From assembly GCF_006345805.1 (NCBI RefSeq), contig NC_042998.1, positions 155,372,001 through 155,436,000 of the forward strand: DNA of 64,000 nt, given 5' to 3'. Every line of letters begins with the position of its first letter. The stretch's first letter is position 1. Under the pieces are notes generated by a model, which worked only from the letters and a program-made list of their open reading frames with translations, ran no database searches and had not been told where the DNA came from. Of the stretch, positions 11,441 through 25,239 are shown in pieces. The DNA comes from Octopus sinensis (lineage: Eukaryota). The position numbers and the translations under genes are program-made.

Positions 11441-14400
11441 GAGACTTTCATGGGCATGTTGGGCGGGAATCGGGTATCTTCACTGGGGTTCACGGTGGCC
11501 ATGGTATTGGCTCCAGAAATGAGGAGGGAACTAGACTACTGGAATTCTGTGATGCATGTAACCTTTTAATCTGCAACACTAACTTCAGGAAGCCTGAATG
11601 CCACCTTATAACCTATCAGTCAGGGGACTCCACTAGCCAAATAGACTTCATCCTCACCAGACAGCGGGATGCAGGGTCACTCTTAAATACAAAGACCCTC
11701 CCGGGTGAAGAGTGTATCCCTCAGCATAGGCTAATAATTAGTGACTTTAGGCTTGAGGCCAGAAAGACTCCAAGAAACAGACCAATCCAGAAAAGAAGGA
11801 TTTGGAAGCTAAAGAACCCTTCACATGGTCAGAGATATAGGGACATCCTCATCAAGAAATTTGATGAGAGGGAGGAGGAGCTACAGACGTCGGACATAGA
11901 AGGTAGCTGGAAATTCCTACGGGACAGCTTGCTGAGTGCCACAGACCAAGTCTGTGGATGGTGCAAAGTTCCTTCCAGACCTAGAGTTACGTGGTGGTGG
12001 AATAGTGCAGTAGACAAAGCCATTAGTTCTAAGAAACAGGCCTGGAGAGCCTGGAGGGATGGGGGTAGCAGGGAACCGTACCTAGTAGCCAAAAGGGAGG
12101 CCGGGCGGCAGGTATACATAGCCAAAGATATAGCAGAAAAGAAGAAGTTTGCCAATGTCCAGCAACGTGAGGACCAAAGAACTGAGGTATTTCGTATTGC
12201 TAGACAAGTGTGTGAGAGAAAATAGTGATGTTACAGGAGAGAAATGTGTCCGCCTGGATGATGGGGCACTTGCCTTTAATGTTGGTGAAAAGAAAGAGGC
12301 TTGGAGAAGCCATTATGAAAGACTGCTGAATGTGGAGAATGAATGGGAGGAGGAGAGCCTGCCAAATGTTGACCCAGTAGAGGGACCAGCTATCCGAATA
12401 GACGGCTCCCTAGTAGATAAAGCAATTAAGGATATGAAACCGGGTAAAGCCCCCGGCCCATCAGGAATCACTGCTGAGATGCTTAAAACAGCTGGTTATG
12501 TGGGCTATGGCCTAGTCACCCGTATTGTTAACCAGGTAATTCACAATGGAGTCATACCCAATGACTGGCGTAGCAGCACCATAGTCAACTGCTACAAGGG
12601 TAAGGGTGATGCTCTAGATAGAAATAACTACAGGGGTATTAAACTGCTAGATCAGGTGATGAAGACCACAGAGAGGGTCATAACCCATCTCATTAGGGAG
12701 AGAATTTGCTTAGATGAGATGCAGTTCGGTTTTGTGCCAGGTAGAAGCACCACTGATGCCATATTCCTGGTCCGACAACTGCAGGAGAAGTACCTAGCTA
12801 AAGATAAACCCCTCTACATAGCTTTTGTGGATTTGGAGAAAGCCTTTGACAGGGTTCCCCGATCCCTTATCTGGTGGTCGATGCGGAAACTGTTGATTGA
12901 CGAATGGCTAATAAGGGCTGTACAGGCTCTATACAGAGAGGCTGTCAGCAAGGTTGAGATTGGCAACGAATATAGTGAAGAATTCCGGGTAGAAGTAGGT
13001 GTACATCAGGGCTCAGCCCTCAGTCCCCTTTTATTCATCATAGTCCTCCAGGCAATAACAGAGGAATTCAAAACAGGTTGCCCCTGGGAGCTCCTCTATG
13101 CTGATGACCTGGCCCTCATAGCAGAATCACTACCGGAACTAAAAAAGAAATTTCGGGTGTGGAAACAAGGGTTAGAATCCAAGGGCCTTAGAGTAAATGT
13201 AGCGAAGACCAAAGTTATAGTATGCAGAAAGGCGAACTCAGCACCCCCCCCCCATCGGGCAGGTGGCCCTGCTCGAGCTGTAGGAAAGGTGTAGGTAGAA
13301 ACTCCATAAGATGCACCCAGTGTAAGCTATGGATGCATAAAAGGTGCAGCAACATCAAAGGGAAATTAACTGATAAGATAGCTTTCATGTGCGGCAGATG
13401 CACAGGGACAATAGACACCACAGACACTAAAAAACAGATTCCATCACACTCCAGGGGGATAAACTAGAAGTAGTTGATAGTTTCCGCTACCTGGGTGACC
13501 AAGTTAGTAGTGGGGGTGGATGCTCAGAGACTGTCACCACTAGAATACGAATAGCCAGGGCAAAGTTTAGAAAGCTCCTACCCCTACTGGCGACAAAGGG
13601 TCTCTCACTCAGAGTGAAAGGTAGATTGTATGATGCATGTGTGCGAACTGCCATGCTTCACGGTAGTGAAACATGGGCCGTGACTGCAGAGGACATGCGT
13701 AGACTTGAAAGAAATGAAGCTAGCATGATCCGCTGGATGTGTAATGTCAGTGTGAATGCACGACAGAGTGTAAGCACCCTGAGAGAAATGCTATGCATAA
13801 GAAGCATCAGATGTGGTGTGCAAGAGCGACGCTTGCGATGGTATGGTCATGTACTGCGGATGGATGAGGAGAGATGTGTGAAGAAGTGCCACTCCCGAAC
13901 AGTTGAAGGAATCAGGGGGAGAGGTAGACCCAGGAAGACATGGGATGAGGTAGTCAAGCATGACCTCAGAGCGTTGGGCCTCACAGAGGCAATGGCGAAG
14001 GACCGAGACCTCTGGAGATGTGCTGTGACTACTAAGACCCGGTATGTTCCCGGCACCAGTTCCGCATACCCCCTGCCCATCCAAAGTACCTTGGATCCCG
14101 GAACATCTCGCTGTGCTTGAGGAGACCTGTCGAGTCAAGTGCATATACATGAACATCGAACCAAATATCAATGGAAACAATAGTTGTGATACCTGTGCCG
14201 GTGACACATAGAAAGCACCATCTGATCGTGGCCGTCGCCAGTGCAGCCTCCACTGGCTTCTGTGCCGGTGGCACATAAAAAGCACCATCCGAACGTGACC
14301 GATGCCTACCCCGCCTCGAATGGCTTCTGTGCCGGTGGCACATGAACATCGAGCCAAATATCAATGGAAACAGTTGTAGTTGTGATACCTGTGCCGGTGA

Positions 14401-15594
14401 CACATATAAAGCACCGTCCGAACGAGGCCGTTGCCAGTGCAGCCTCCACTGGCTTCTGTGCCGGTGGCACATAAAAAGCACCATCCGAACATGACCGATG
14501 CCAACCCTGCCTCGAATGGCTTCTGTGCCGGTGGCACATGAATATCGAACCAAATATCAATGGAAACAGTTGTAGTTGTGATACCTGTGCCGGTGACACA
14601 TATAAAGCACCGTCCGAATGAGACCGTTGCCAGTGCAGCCTCCACTGGCTTCTGTGCCGGTGGCACATAAAAAGCACCATCTGAACCCGAACGTGACCGA
14701 TGCCAACCCCGCCTCGAATGGCTTCTGTGCCGGTGGCACATGAATATCGAACCAAATATCAATGGAAACAGTAGTTGTGATACCTGTGCCGGTGACACAT
14801 AAAAAGCACTATCCGAACGTGGCTGTTGCCAGTGCAGCCTCCACTGGCTTCTGTGCCGGTGACACATAAAAAGCACGATCCGAACCCGAACGTGACCGAT
14901 GCCAACCCCGCCTCGAATGGCTTCTGTGCCGGTGGCACATAAAAAGCACCATCCGAACCCGAATGTGGCCGATGCCAGCACCGCCCCGTCTGGCTTCTGT
15001 GCCGGTGGCACATAAAAAGCACCAACCGATCGTGGGATCCCGGAACATCTCGCTGTGCTTGAGGAGACCTGTTGAGTCAAGTGCATGTACATGAACATCG
15101 TACCAAATATCAATGGAAACAGTAATAGTTGTGATACCTGTGCCGGTGACACATAAAAAGCAGCATCCGAACGTGGCCGTTGCCAGTGCAGCCTCCACTG
15201 GCTTCTGTGTCGGTGGCACATAAAAAGCACCATCCGAACGTGACCGATGCCAACCCTGCCTCGAATGGCTTCTGTGCCGGTGGCACATAAAATGCACCAT
15301 CCGAACGTGACCGACGCCAGCACCGCCTTGACTGGCTTCTGTGCCGGTAACACAAAAAAAAAAAAAAGCACCAACTGATCGTGGCCGATGCCAGACCCCT
15401 CTGGCACCTGTGCAGGTGGCACGTAAAAAGCACCCACTACACTCGCGGAGTGGTTGGCGTTAGGAAGGGCATCCAACTGTAGAAACACTGCCAGATCAGA
15501 CTAGAGCCTGGGGCAGTCCCTGGCTCCCCAGACCCCGGTTGAACCGTCCAACCCGTGCTAGCACGGAAAACAGACGTTAAATGATGATGATGAT
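11441..15594 (+). mobile_element. Young RTE-clade LINE, copy 1 (5'-truncated within the APE domain)
   Basis: APE C-terminus (DFILTRQR), RT (FVDLEKAFD, HQGS.LSPLLF, YADDL), PHD-type finger, RLRWYGHV and RGRPRKTW motifs. Stop at 14120, then repeat array and (GAT)n tail. Nearly identical to 32925-38653. Confidence 0.95.
14121..15420 (+). repeat. Modular tandem array in the LINE 3' UTR (copy 1, ~1.3 kb)
   Basis: Recurrent CTGTGCCGGTG(G/A)CACATAAAAAGCACCATCCGAACGT separated by a few alternative modules. Confidence 0.95.
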
Positions 15595-15689
15595 CTATTA
15601 CAATCACTTCACGCTTTTCTTATAGTCTATTTACCTTCATGAAAAGTTATGTCAATCTGTATAATAATAATGATGATGATGATAATTTC

Positions 15690-16090
15690 TATTAGAGGCA
15701 CAAGGCCTGAAATATTGGGGGAGGGGACCAGTTGATTAGATCAATCCCAGTATGCAAATGGTACTTAATTATTGATCCCAAAATGATGAAAGGCAAAGTC
15801 GACCTCAGCAGAATTTCAACTCAGAACATAACAACAGATGAAATACTGCTAAGCATTTTGCCTGGCAAATAATAATAATACTAATCATAATCCTTTCTAC
15901 TATAGGCACAAGGCCTGAAATTTAGGGGGAGGGGACTAGTCGATTAAATCAACCCCAGTGTTTCACTGGTATTTATTTTACTGACCCTGATAGGGTGAAA
16001 GACAAAGTCAACTTCGGCAGAATTTGAATTCAGAATGTAGTGATTCTGCTAGGCATGCTAACGATTCTGCCAGCTTGCTGCCTTAATAAT
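15690..16090 (-). mobile_element. Two tandem CORE-like SINE copies
   Basis: Two consecutive diverged units. On the minus strand they read GAGTTCAAATT...GACTTTG.CTTTCA.C, as in the plus-strand triplet at 44525-45130. Confidence 0.75.
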
Positions 16091-16439
16091 AGTAATAATA
16101 AAAATAGTGGTTTATAATTCAGGCATAAGGCTAACAATAAAAAGATGGAAGAAGTACTGTAAAGCACTTCAACTTTCTGGTGATTCTGCTAGTTCAATGC
16201 TTTTGATTGTTTCTAACTGAGGTACAGGACCAGGAATTTCAGGGAAAGAAGTTAGTCAACTAACTTGACACCATTACTTTTATACATACATACATATATA
16301 CATATACACACTATCTTCTCATTTTTGTCCTGATCTCTGTTCCTTATGAGTATATCCTGACACTTTGCCACCATCTCTTTCCCGCTCTCTCTTGCACTCT
16401 TACTGTCTTCCTCTCTCTCTCTCTCTTTGGCCAGATAGA

Positions 16440-16845
16440 CATGTACTCCCAAGACACCTATTTCTGTCTCTCTGTCTCACTCTAATCTTTCATCATCTGG
16501 CACAAGATCACCTCCTCCAATGCCCCCTCCTTTCTCAAAGGATCTTTTCTTGCAAGTTACTTGGTGACCCAGCCAGTGCTGGTGCCACGTAAAAAGCATC
16601 CAGCATTTGGAAGGGCATTCAGCTGTAAAAACCATGCCAAAACTGACCTCGCCTGTGCTCATGCCACATAAAAGGCACTCAGTCCACTCTGCAGGGTGGT
16701 TGGTGTTAGGAAGGGTATCCAACCATAAAAACCATGCCAAAACAGACACAGAAGTCTGGTGCAGTTTTCTGTCTAGCCAGTTCTTGTCAAACTGTCCAAC
16801 TTATGCCAGCATGGAAAGTAGACATTAAATGATGATGATGATGCT
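16440..16845 (+). mobile_element. SINE/LINE 3' tail fragments ending in (GAT)n
   Basis: GGTTGGTGTTAGGAAGGG...CATTAAATGATGATGATG, the same tail as the RTE LINEs. Confidence 0.75.
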
Positions 16846-17639
16846 GATTGCTCATTCATATGACATCTGTTTTCCAAGCTAGTATGGCTTGGAAGGGAAT
16901 TGACCTCTTTTGAGGATTTTGTGACTAGATCAGACCCATCACCAGACTATGGTGCTTCAGAACATTCTGGGTGGTCACTAATTTGTAATAATGCCAAAGT
17001 GGGGTTTTGGAATAAGTATATCACTGTAAAGTTTTTCAACAATTTCATCAATTTTATGTTTTAAAGATTGTTTACAAACTGGTACAATAAGGTTTACAAA
17101 ATATTTGTTTCTTAAGCCTCTCCTCCTCTTCATCCTACTCCTTTCCCTTGTATGCAACTGACTGTAACTTTTTTTATTTCTGACCTTTTACAAACATTTT
17201 TTCAGGATTGTTTTAAACATTAGGTATGTAGATCACACAAAAATGCTTTTCATTTTTGCCTCCCCAACTCTCCTCTGTTTTGAAAGATACATCAAACTGT
17301 AACATTTAAGGTAATGCTTTAGGGTTATGGCAGAGGTTTATGGTTAGGCTTAGGATATATAATTAGGGTTTCGGGTTAAATGAAAATGTATATTTCTTTT
17401 ATAATACCTGTTTCTTTTATACTACCTGTTTTAGACAGGTTAGAATAAATTGTCAGAAAATAAATAGAATAACTACCAATTCTATAATATAGTATATTCA
17501 GTTTTTATTATTACTCATTATTTTATCAAATTTGACAATTTCAATAACATTATTTTAAATTAACATTTGTGCAAATCATTAGGTCTATTGTTGTAAACCA
17601 ATTTAATTAACTAACACAAATGTTACATTTTATCAGTCT

Positions 17640-18200
17640 CCCATATGATTTGGCATGGTTTCTATGACTGGATGCCCTTCCCAACAACAACTACTATACA
17701 GAGTGTGCTGGGTGCTTTTACATGGAACTGCATGTGTGTTTTCACATGAATCCAGCACAAGTGCATTTTATGCACTGAACAGCACAGGACTCTTGCAGGC
17801 CAATCCCCTTCACAAGCGGGAGTAGCCTTAACAATTCTACCATGGAGGACAGGTCTTCTTGAGTACGGAAAGGCACCAGGTATCAGTGTTCTGAGGTCAT
17901 CCTTCAGTAGTAACTCCAGACGGACTAGGGGCTTTCTGTTTTCATATTTTTAATTGCCTTATTTACCCAACTACTGTCCACTAGGATAGCTGGTCCCTCT
18001 CTTAGGGTCATGTGAGGGGACTCCCTTTAGCTCATTCATTCACAACATTCAATAGCCTTGCATAGTAATTCTTCAACGTCTTTCTTGTCTGAATCACTAC
18101 ATGCAAGCATACTATTATCCATCCATACACACTTCTCTCTCACAATATCTTGATTCTCTCTGACACACAGACTTGCAATCCAGAACACTTCAAGTCTCTG
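17640..18200 (-). mobile_element. Old, fragmented RTE LINE relic
   Basis: Translates to CVRENQDIVREKCVWMD..., homologous to CVRENSDVTGEKCVRLDD of the young LINE. A tail fragment lies at 17640-17730. Confidence 0.7.
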
Positions 18201-19480
18201 AACTTCATGCTGCATACAATTTGTAGGTAGCTGGAAAAGCAGCCTTAAATAAATATAGTGAGGAAAAGAAACCTGACAGCTTCTTAGAAGTAATATTTTC
18301 AAAAATGTAATGTTTAGCAATGCATTGTTTGTTGTAACATGAGCTGTCCAAATACTTAATGCTCATGAGTTCACAAATAGGAGATAATCTTGAAACTTCT
18401 AAGGATGCTTCAGATTCAGGAAACAAAACTTCTATAGCTGCAAATATTCTTGCATTGCATTCTTTTAAAGAAACTTTTAAGTTCTCTGATACAATTATCA
18501 AAAACACTTGTGTATATACATTAAAAAGTACATATTTGCTATCAGAATCATCATGACCCAGCACTGATATTACTACTGGTAATAGTGTAATATGCTCTGG
18601 AATTCTAGGTGTAAGTTGAGAACTGGAATAATTACCTTCTAAATTATATTTCTTAGCCTGAGAGAAAATACTCTAAAATTTCCCCTTGTCTATTTGCATT
18701 TTTTCAAAATAGTCAGTACAGTATTTATAAGACATACTCCCTCAGCCAAATCACAGTCATGGCATTGTAACAATTTATTGCATCAAGAATGTTCAGAATA
18801 TCTTCATGAAAATGAATTTGAAGCTAGTAATCTGTTTCAAAATACCTTTTTCCACAGTTGACATTTTTGTCAGAATTATCATGTTCTGCATCTCAAAGAA
18901 CTTGCACAATGTGTTCATGATTGGTAAATATAGCGGCCACAGTTGCTAGAAGCCCTGACCACTATTGTTCAAATGTGTACCTTTGTATGCAGTAAACAAC
19001 TTTGGTCAATGCAGGAAATTATAGAGTTTTATGAGCTCCAAAAAAACAATCTCATGTCATTAATTGCTTCGATTGCATGAACTACAACCAAACATAACTG
19101 ATGATTGAAGCAGTGCATATATGGAATTTCCTCTCCAATTTTCTGGTCAATTGAGATAAAATGATTTCCAGCTTCAGTCCAGTATCTTCAATACTTTGAA
19201 TAATAGCATTAGCCAAACTTTCACCCTTAGAGTCTTTGCTTGTAGTTAAAGCAAGGAAACTTCCTGATATGATCCCCGCTTTTACAAACCTCACAATTAT
19301 TGAAATATTTTCAGTATTAGTAGGATGATGAGTACCATTACATTTAATTATAAATAAAAGGATAACTGAATAATGAATTTCATCATTCATTTGATTCAAA
19401 ACAACAGCTTTCATAAGTTGTGTAATTCCACCTTGCATCATAACAGATGTGTATGATGCATTTTTAGGTATCAATGAAAA
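18200..19480 (-). mobile_element. hAT transposase remnant (ZMYM1-like type)
   Basis: NASYTS.MQ, ENISIIVRFV...GESLANAII...GL, ICTASII (C-x2-H-like region), and C-terminal FPATYKLYAA resembling the hAT dimerisation domain. Confidence 0.75.
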
Positions 19481-19959
19481 TATTTTATTTAATTTGGAAT
19501 CTTTTGTAAGAGTGTATTAAAAAAGCTGTGAAAAAAGTCCAGAAATTTCATTTTTATTACCATTATACCAAAAACTCCAACAGAGCTCTGCCTCACTTTT
19601 GCACCAGAAGTCCCTGCCAAACCATCCTCCTCCTCCTTCATCTTCCCCCCCTCCCTTCCAAACTGTCATCATCCTTCTTCATCTCAACCTCACACTCTTT
19701 CTCTCTCTCTCTATATATATATGTATATAATAGACTAACCCAACCAAATAACAATCCATTACTTACTTAATTTAACACTGGCATATTTATAACTATATTT
19801 GCAGCTGCAGTAACGCTTATATTACAATGCTTGCCATACTCTCACCCCGCAATATAGACAACAATTTTATCATGTTTGAAGGATGATAGGTTACATGCAA
19901 GAACAACTGTTATGACATATCTGTTATCAAATGATCATGGAAACCTTCTTTTCAGTTGC

Positions 19960-22436
19960 TTAATAACATCTTTTCTTCCCATGTTCCCTCACATAATCCT
20001 TTTCCTGTTTTCAGAATTGGCACTGTAAATGTAGGCACATTAAAATGTAGGTCTAATGAGATTGTAGAGATACTTGAATGGGGGCATGTTGATGTATGCT
20101 GCATCCAAGAGGTAACACAGAAAGGAGCTTCAGTCAATTTCCACAGGCAAGATGCATAGGTATAAAATCTTCTGGGAAAGTAACAGTGACAGAGTAGATA
20201 GTGTGGGCAGACTTCTTGCAGAGAAATGGGTGGATAAGGTCATAGAGGTAGTCAGAGTATGCAACAGAGGACTTAAGCTCAGGTTAGTCTTGCAGAATAC
20301 AATTATATCTGCCTACATCCCACAAGCGGGACTACAAAATGAACAAAAGGACAACTTTTATGATATTTTTCTGCAGGCTACCTCAAAGACAAGTGATAAT
20401 GACCTTATTTTTGTGGCTGAGGATTTCAATGGGCATATTGGATGGCAGCCTGGTATTTTCCATGGTGTTCATGGGGATCATGGAATTAGTTCCCGAAATG
20501 AAGAGGGAACAAGGTTACTGGATGTGATGCAAAAAACCTTTTGATCTGCAACACCATCTTCAGGAAGCCAGCCAGCCACTTGATAACCTATCAAATGACT
20601 CTGCAAGCCAGATCGATTACATTCTTACCACACTGCAGGATGCATGGCTGCTCTTAAATACAAAGACCCACCCTAGTGAAGAATGTACCCTCCCCCCAGC
20701 ATAGACCGGTCATTAGCGACTTTAAACTCCAGGCCAGAAGGATGCCAAGAAGCAGACCAATCTGGAAAAGAAGGATTTGGAAGCTTAAGGAACCTTCATA
20801 TGGTCAGAGATTTAGGGACATCCTAATTGAGAAATTTGATGAGAGGGACGAGGAGCTACAAACTTGTGATATAGAGGGTAACTGGGATTTCCTACCACAG
20901 ACCAAATCTATGGCAGGTGCAAAGTCCCTTCCAGACCTAGGGTAACATGATGGTGAAACAATACTGTAGACAGGGGCATTAGAACAAAGAAACAGGCCTG
21001 GAATAGTGGGGGGAGCAGTAACCTAGTAGATAAAGCAATTTAGGATATGAAGATAGAGAAAGCCCCCAGTCCATCAGGAATCACTGCTGAGATGCATAAA
21101 ATATCTGGCAGTGTGGGTTATGGCCTAGTCACCTGCACTGTAAATCAGGTGGTTCATGAAGGAGTCATACCCAATGACTGGTGTTGCAGCACCATAGTCA
21201 ACTGCTACAAAGGTAAAGGTGATGCCTTACACAGAAATAATTATAGAGGTATCAAATTGTTGAATCAGGTAATGAAAGTTATGGAGAGAGTCATAGCCCA
21301 ACTAATTAGGTAGAAAGATAGTCTAGATGAGATGCAGTTTGGTTTTGGGCCAGGGAGAAGCACCACTGATGTTATATTTATGGTAAGGCAACTGCAGGAG
21401 AAATACCTAGCCAAAGATAAAACACTGTACTTGGCTTTTGTTGACTTTGAGAAAGCTTTTGACAGAGTCCCCCAATCCCTTATATGATGGTCAATGCAGA
21501 AACAAGGGATAGATGAGTGGTTGGTGAGAGCTGTACAAGCCTTGTACAGGGACGCTACCAATAAGGTGAGGGTGGGCAATGAGTGCAGCGAAGAATTCAG
21601 GGTTCAAGTAGGGGTTCACCAAGGATCGGTGCTCAGCCCTATCTTGTTCATCAAAGGAATTCGAGATGGGCTGTCCCTGAGAGTTCCTCTATACTGATGA
21701 CCTCGCTCTTATAACCGAATCACTACCTGAACTAGAGAAGAAGTTTCATGAATGGAAGCAAGGTCTAGAATCAAAGGGCTTTAGAGTTAACCTAGCAAAA
21801 ACCAAAGTTATAATAAGTAGGAAGGCTGACAAATCACAAATCCCTTCAGATAGATGGCCCTGCTCAATCTGTAAAAAAAGTATAGGTAGAAACTCCATAA
21901 GATGCACCCAGTGAAAGCTTTGGACACATAAAAGGTGCAGCAATATCAGATGAAGATTAACAGAGAAACTAACTTTGTTGAAGGTGCACAGGTACAATAA
22001 ACACTGAAAATGCATAGAAAATAGACTCCATCAACTGCCGGGAGGGGGGGGGAGCTAGAGTTAGTATATAGTTTCTGTTATCTAGGTGACCAAGTTAGTA
22101 ATGGAGGTGGATGCTCCAAGAGTGTAGCTGTAAGAATAAGATTCTGCTGGGCAAAGTTCAGAGAACTCCTACCCCTGCTGGCAACAAAGTGCTTCTCCCT
22201 CAGAGTGAAAGACTGATTGTATGATGCCTGTGTGCGAACGCAAATGGTACCCGTGCCAGTTGCACATAAAAGCACCCACTACACTCTTGGAGTGGTTGGT
22301 GTTAGGAAGGGTATCCAGCCATAGAAAACCATGCCAAATCAGACTGGAGTCTGGTGCAGCCTTCCAGCATGCCAGCCTAGTCAAACCATCCAACCCATGG
22401 CAGCATGGACAACAGACATTAAATGATGATGATGTT
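19960..22436 (+). mobile_element. Older, internally deleted RTE LINE with (GAT)n tail and a single 3' module
   Basis: FRIGTVNVGTL (APE start), RT motifs and a degenerate PHD region, with many stops. The 3' UTR has one GTGCCAGTTGCACATAAAAGCACC unit only. Confidence 0.9.
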
Positions 22437-22523
22437 GTCAAGACAGGTGATATTTTCATCGTAATCACCCCAAAGTGCAAGTTCATTAACACATACAAAC
22501 TGAATCACTCTTACAATAGATTG

Positions 22524-23678
22524 TACAAGGTGGTATCAAAAAGTTCTTGATTACATGTATGCTGTAGTCTGAGATTTTGCCATGGACAGGAAGTTGGAAC
22601 AAATAGCCAATGTGAAATTTTGTGCTTAACTTGGGAAATCTGCTACAGGGACATCAAGCATGCTTCAGCAAGTTTATGGCAACAAGGTAATGGGTCATAT
22701 GCAATGTTTCAAGTGGCACAGGCACTTCAAAAGTGGAAGAATGTCCCTGGAAGATTATGAGCAATCTGGAAGACCTGCCACGAGCATCAACCCTGGAAAT
22801 TAGGGGAAAATTCATCAACTTGTGCATGAGGATCATCAGAGCACAATCAATGGCATTGCTGATGTTGTTGGTCTGTCATATGGGTCTATACTGCTAATCT
22901 TAACATCTGAATTAAATATGCGGCATGTCCCTGCCAAGTTTGTCCCCTGCCTGCTGACCACTGAGCAGAAAGAACATCAAGTCAAAATCTGTCAAGATCT
23001 CTGTCAGTGTGCTACTGATGACCCATCCATCACTAGTGATGGGTGTTGGGTCAACAGGTGTAACTATGAGATGAAGCAGTAGTTGTCACAATGGAAGAGC
23101 CCATCATCTTCACAACTAAAGAAGGTACGACAGAGCAGCAGCTCAATCAAGAGTGTACTCATCAGTTTTTAGATAGCCACAGTATTGTGTATTGTGAATT
23201 CATCCCCCAGGGCCAGACCATCAATCAAGAGTTCTACTGCAACATTTTGAAGTGTTTCAAGGAGGACATTTGGTGAAAGCGACCAGATCTGTGGATCACA
23301 AAGAATTCATGATGACAATGCACCTTGTCACTGAGCTCTCCTCACTCATGAATCTCTTGCCAAAAACAACATGGTATCTTTTCTGTTCCTATTTGTCAGA
23401 TTTAGCACCTACAGTTTCTTTCTCTTACCCAAGATGAAAATGCAACTCAAAGGTCACCATGTTAACACCACTGTCAAGATCCAGTGAATCGCAGAAGGTC
23501 CTCGACTCACTGAAAACAACTTACAGGCTGGATTCCCAAAGTGACAGGAATGCTGGGACCAGCGTATTGCAGCACAAGGTGACTATTTCAAAGGAAATTA
23601 TGTTAAAACTTAGGTAAATAGGCTATTTATATTTATCAAACATAACTAGTCAGGGAACTTTTTGATACCACCTCATGA
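22524..23678 (+). mobile_element. Mariner element, decayed, near full length
   Basis: TIRs CAAGGTGGTATCAAAAAGTTC / GAACTTTTTGATACCACCTCATG. Transposase remnants KFC..LGKSA, SGRP.TS, AKFVP.LLT, ITSD, GQTINQEFY, DNAPCH. Confidence 0.9.
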
Positions 23679-25112
23679 ATAATACTTATTTTTTCTTTTC
23701 AACTGATATTCATTCACCAGTTCATAGTTCCATGTTTCTGCCTTTCGCTCCAACTTTCATAGTATTTTTATGTGACAGAATTATCATGCTTGCTAAAAGT
23801 TTTGCTTTTTGACGAAGCAGTATGCTTGTTAGTATATCTTTCAGCTTCAAAACTATTGTCAGCATTCCCCAGAATGCTGAGCATAAAGCAGCCTTAAACT
23901 GATCTGAGAATTCTAACCAAGGTCTGGTATTGAATCATGAAGCAAAGAAGATTTTTTTTTTAACTGTATTGTTTAAGATAATTATTTTGGTTGACATGGT
24001 ATCATATCTAATCTAGATAAATCATTTGGGAAGCACATCAAGTTCTTTAGGTAGCATAACATCAGCTGCTTAAGAAGTTAAAGGATTGTGTAATGTTCTA
24101 GATTCAATTAATTGAGGTTGATTTGAAATGGAAGAAATCTTCTTGGTTTCATCATTTTCACAGGTTTTCGAGGTTTTAGAATTTTTGACCAAAAACATAC
24201 AAGATTGATCTTCGTCATTTCATTGCTGTTTAATTTGAATGAAATACACTTTTTTTAGTTCAAGCAAACTAAAATAAAATTTCTTTAAAGCAAAGCAAAC
24301 TATTAATTGTTATTATTTTGAAAAATAGAATATTTAGGGAATTTTCTCGCAGAAATGTTTGTTTTTAAGCTGTTGTATGTCTTTCATTGAAGAGATAATG
24401 TTATAATTGAAGTTGTGATAGAATTATTTTCCATAATACAATTATGGAAAATCTGAAGAACTTCTTACCTTTTTTTTATCACAATCTAAGAGAGGACATC
24501 AAATTTTCACTGCTAATGAAATGATTTCTAATAAAGACTCTTCATATTAGATTGGTAGCTTACTTTTGTAAGAACTTTTCGAATATGAAAATGCTACAAT
24601 TATAAGGTGTGTTATGAGCATTTACAGAACACATATCCTATAGAAACTCAACAAATAAAGATGGAGAAGAAAATGTGTTAAAAGTTTAAAAAGAATTTAA
24701 TCCATGCAAAGATTCAATCTCTTTACAAGAATGCCTAAACTAGGAAAACCTGTTCATACAAAAGTACAGAACCTTAATATACAAACTCGACCACCTGATC
24801 CTTACACATTCCTATTTCAACAATTATACTGAGAAGTTAGTTGTCCTCCTTGCCACCTGTTGCCTCACTTTGTTCACTCTCTAGACTCATTCTTACTTTT
24901 CAAGTATCCAAAATGACAGGACTCCTTTGTCACAAGAAATAGTTACTTCACAATGTCCCCTGAAAAGCTAATTTAAATAGCAAAAACCAGTTGGATATCA
25001 CGATATCCATATATATCAAAAAAATTTTTTATAAAAAGATATTAAACTATGTGAAATGAAGGCATTTCTCTTCCACTTTTTATATATGTTTTCCACATAT
25101 TTTCAACAATAC

Positions 25113-25145
<33 letters not shown>

Positions 25146-25239
25146 ATATATGTATTATTTTATTTTTTTTTTCTATTTATTTTTTTATTTATTTATTTAT
25201 TAATATATATGTTTATTAATATATATATTATATATATAT

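Noticed and set aside
11420-15610. Target-site duplication for the young LINE copy 1
   Set aside because: No matching flanking duplication found at either end; none claimed.
23700-24600. Possible DNA transposase remnant on the minus strand
   Set aside because: Only a weak EAERY-like motif and no TIRs; not enough to call.
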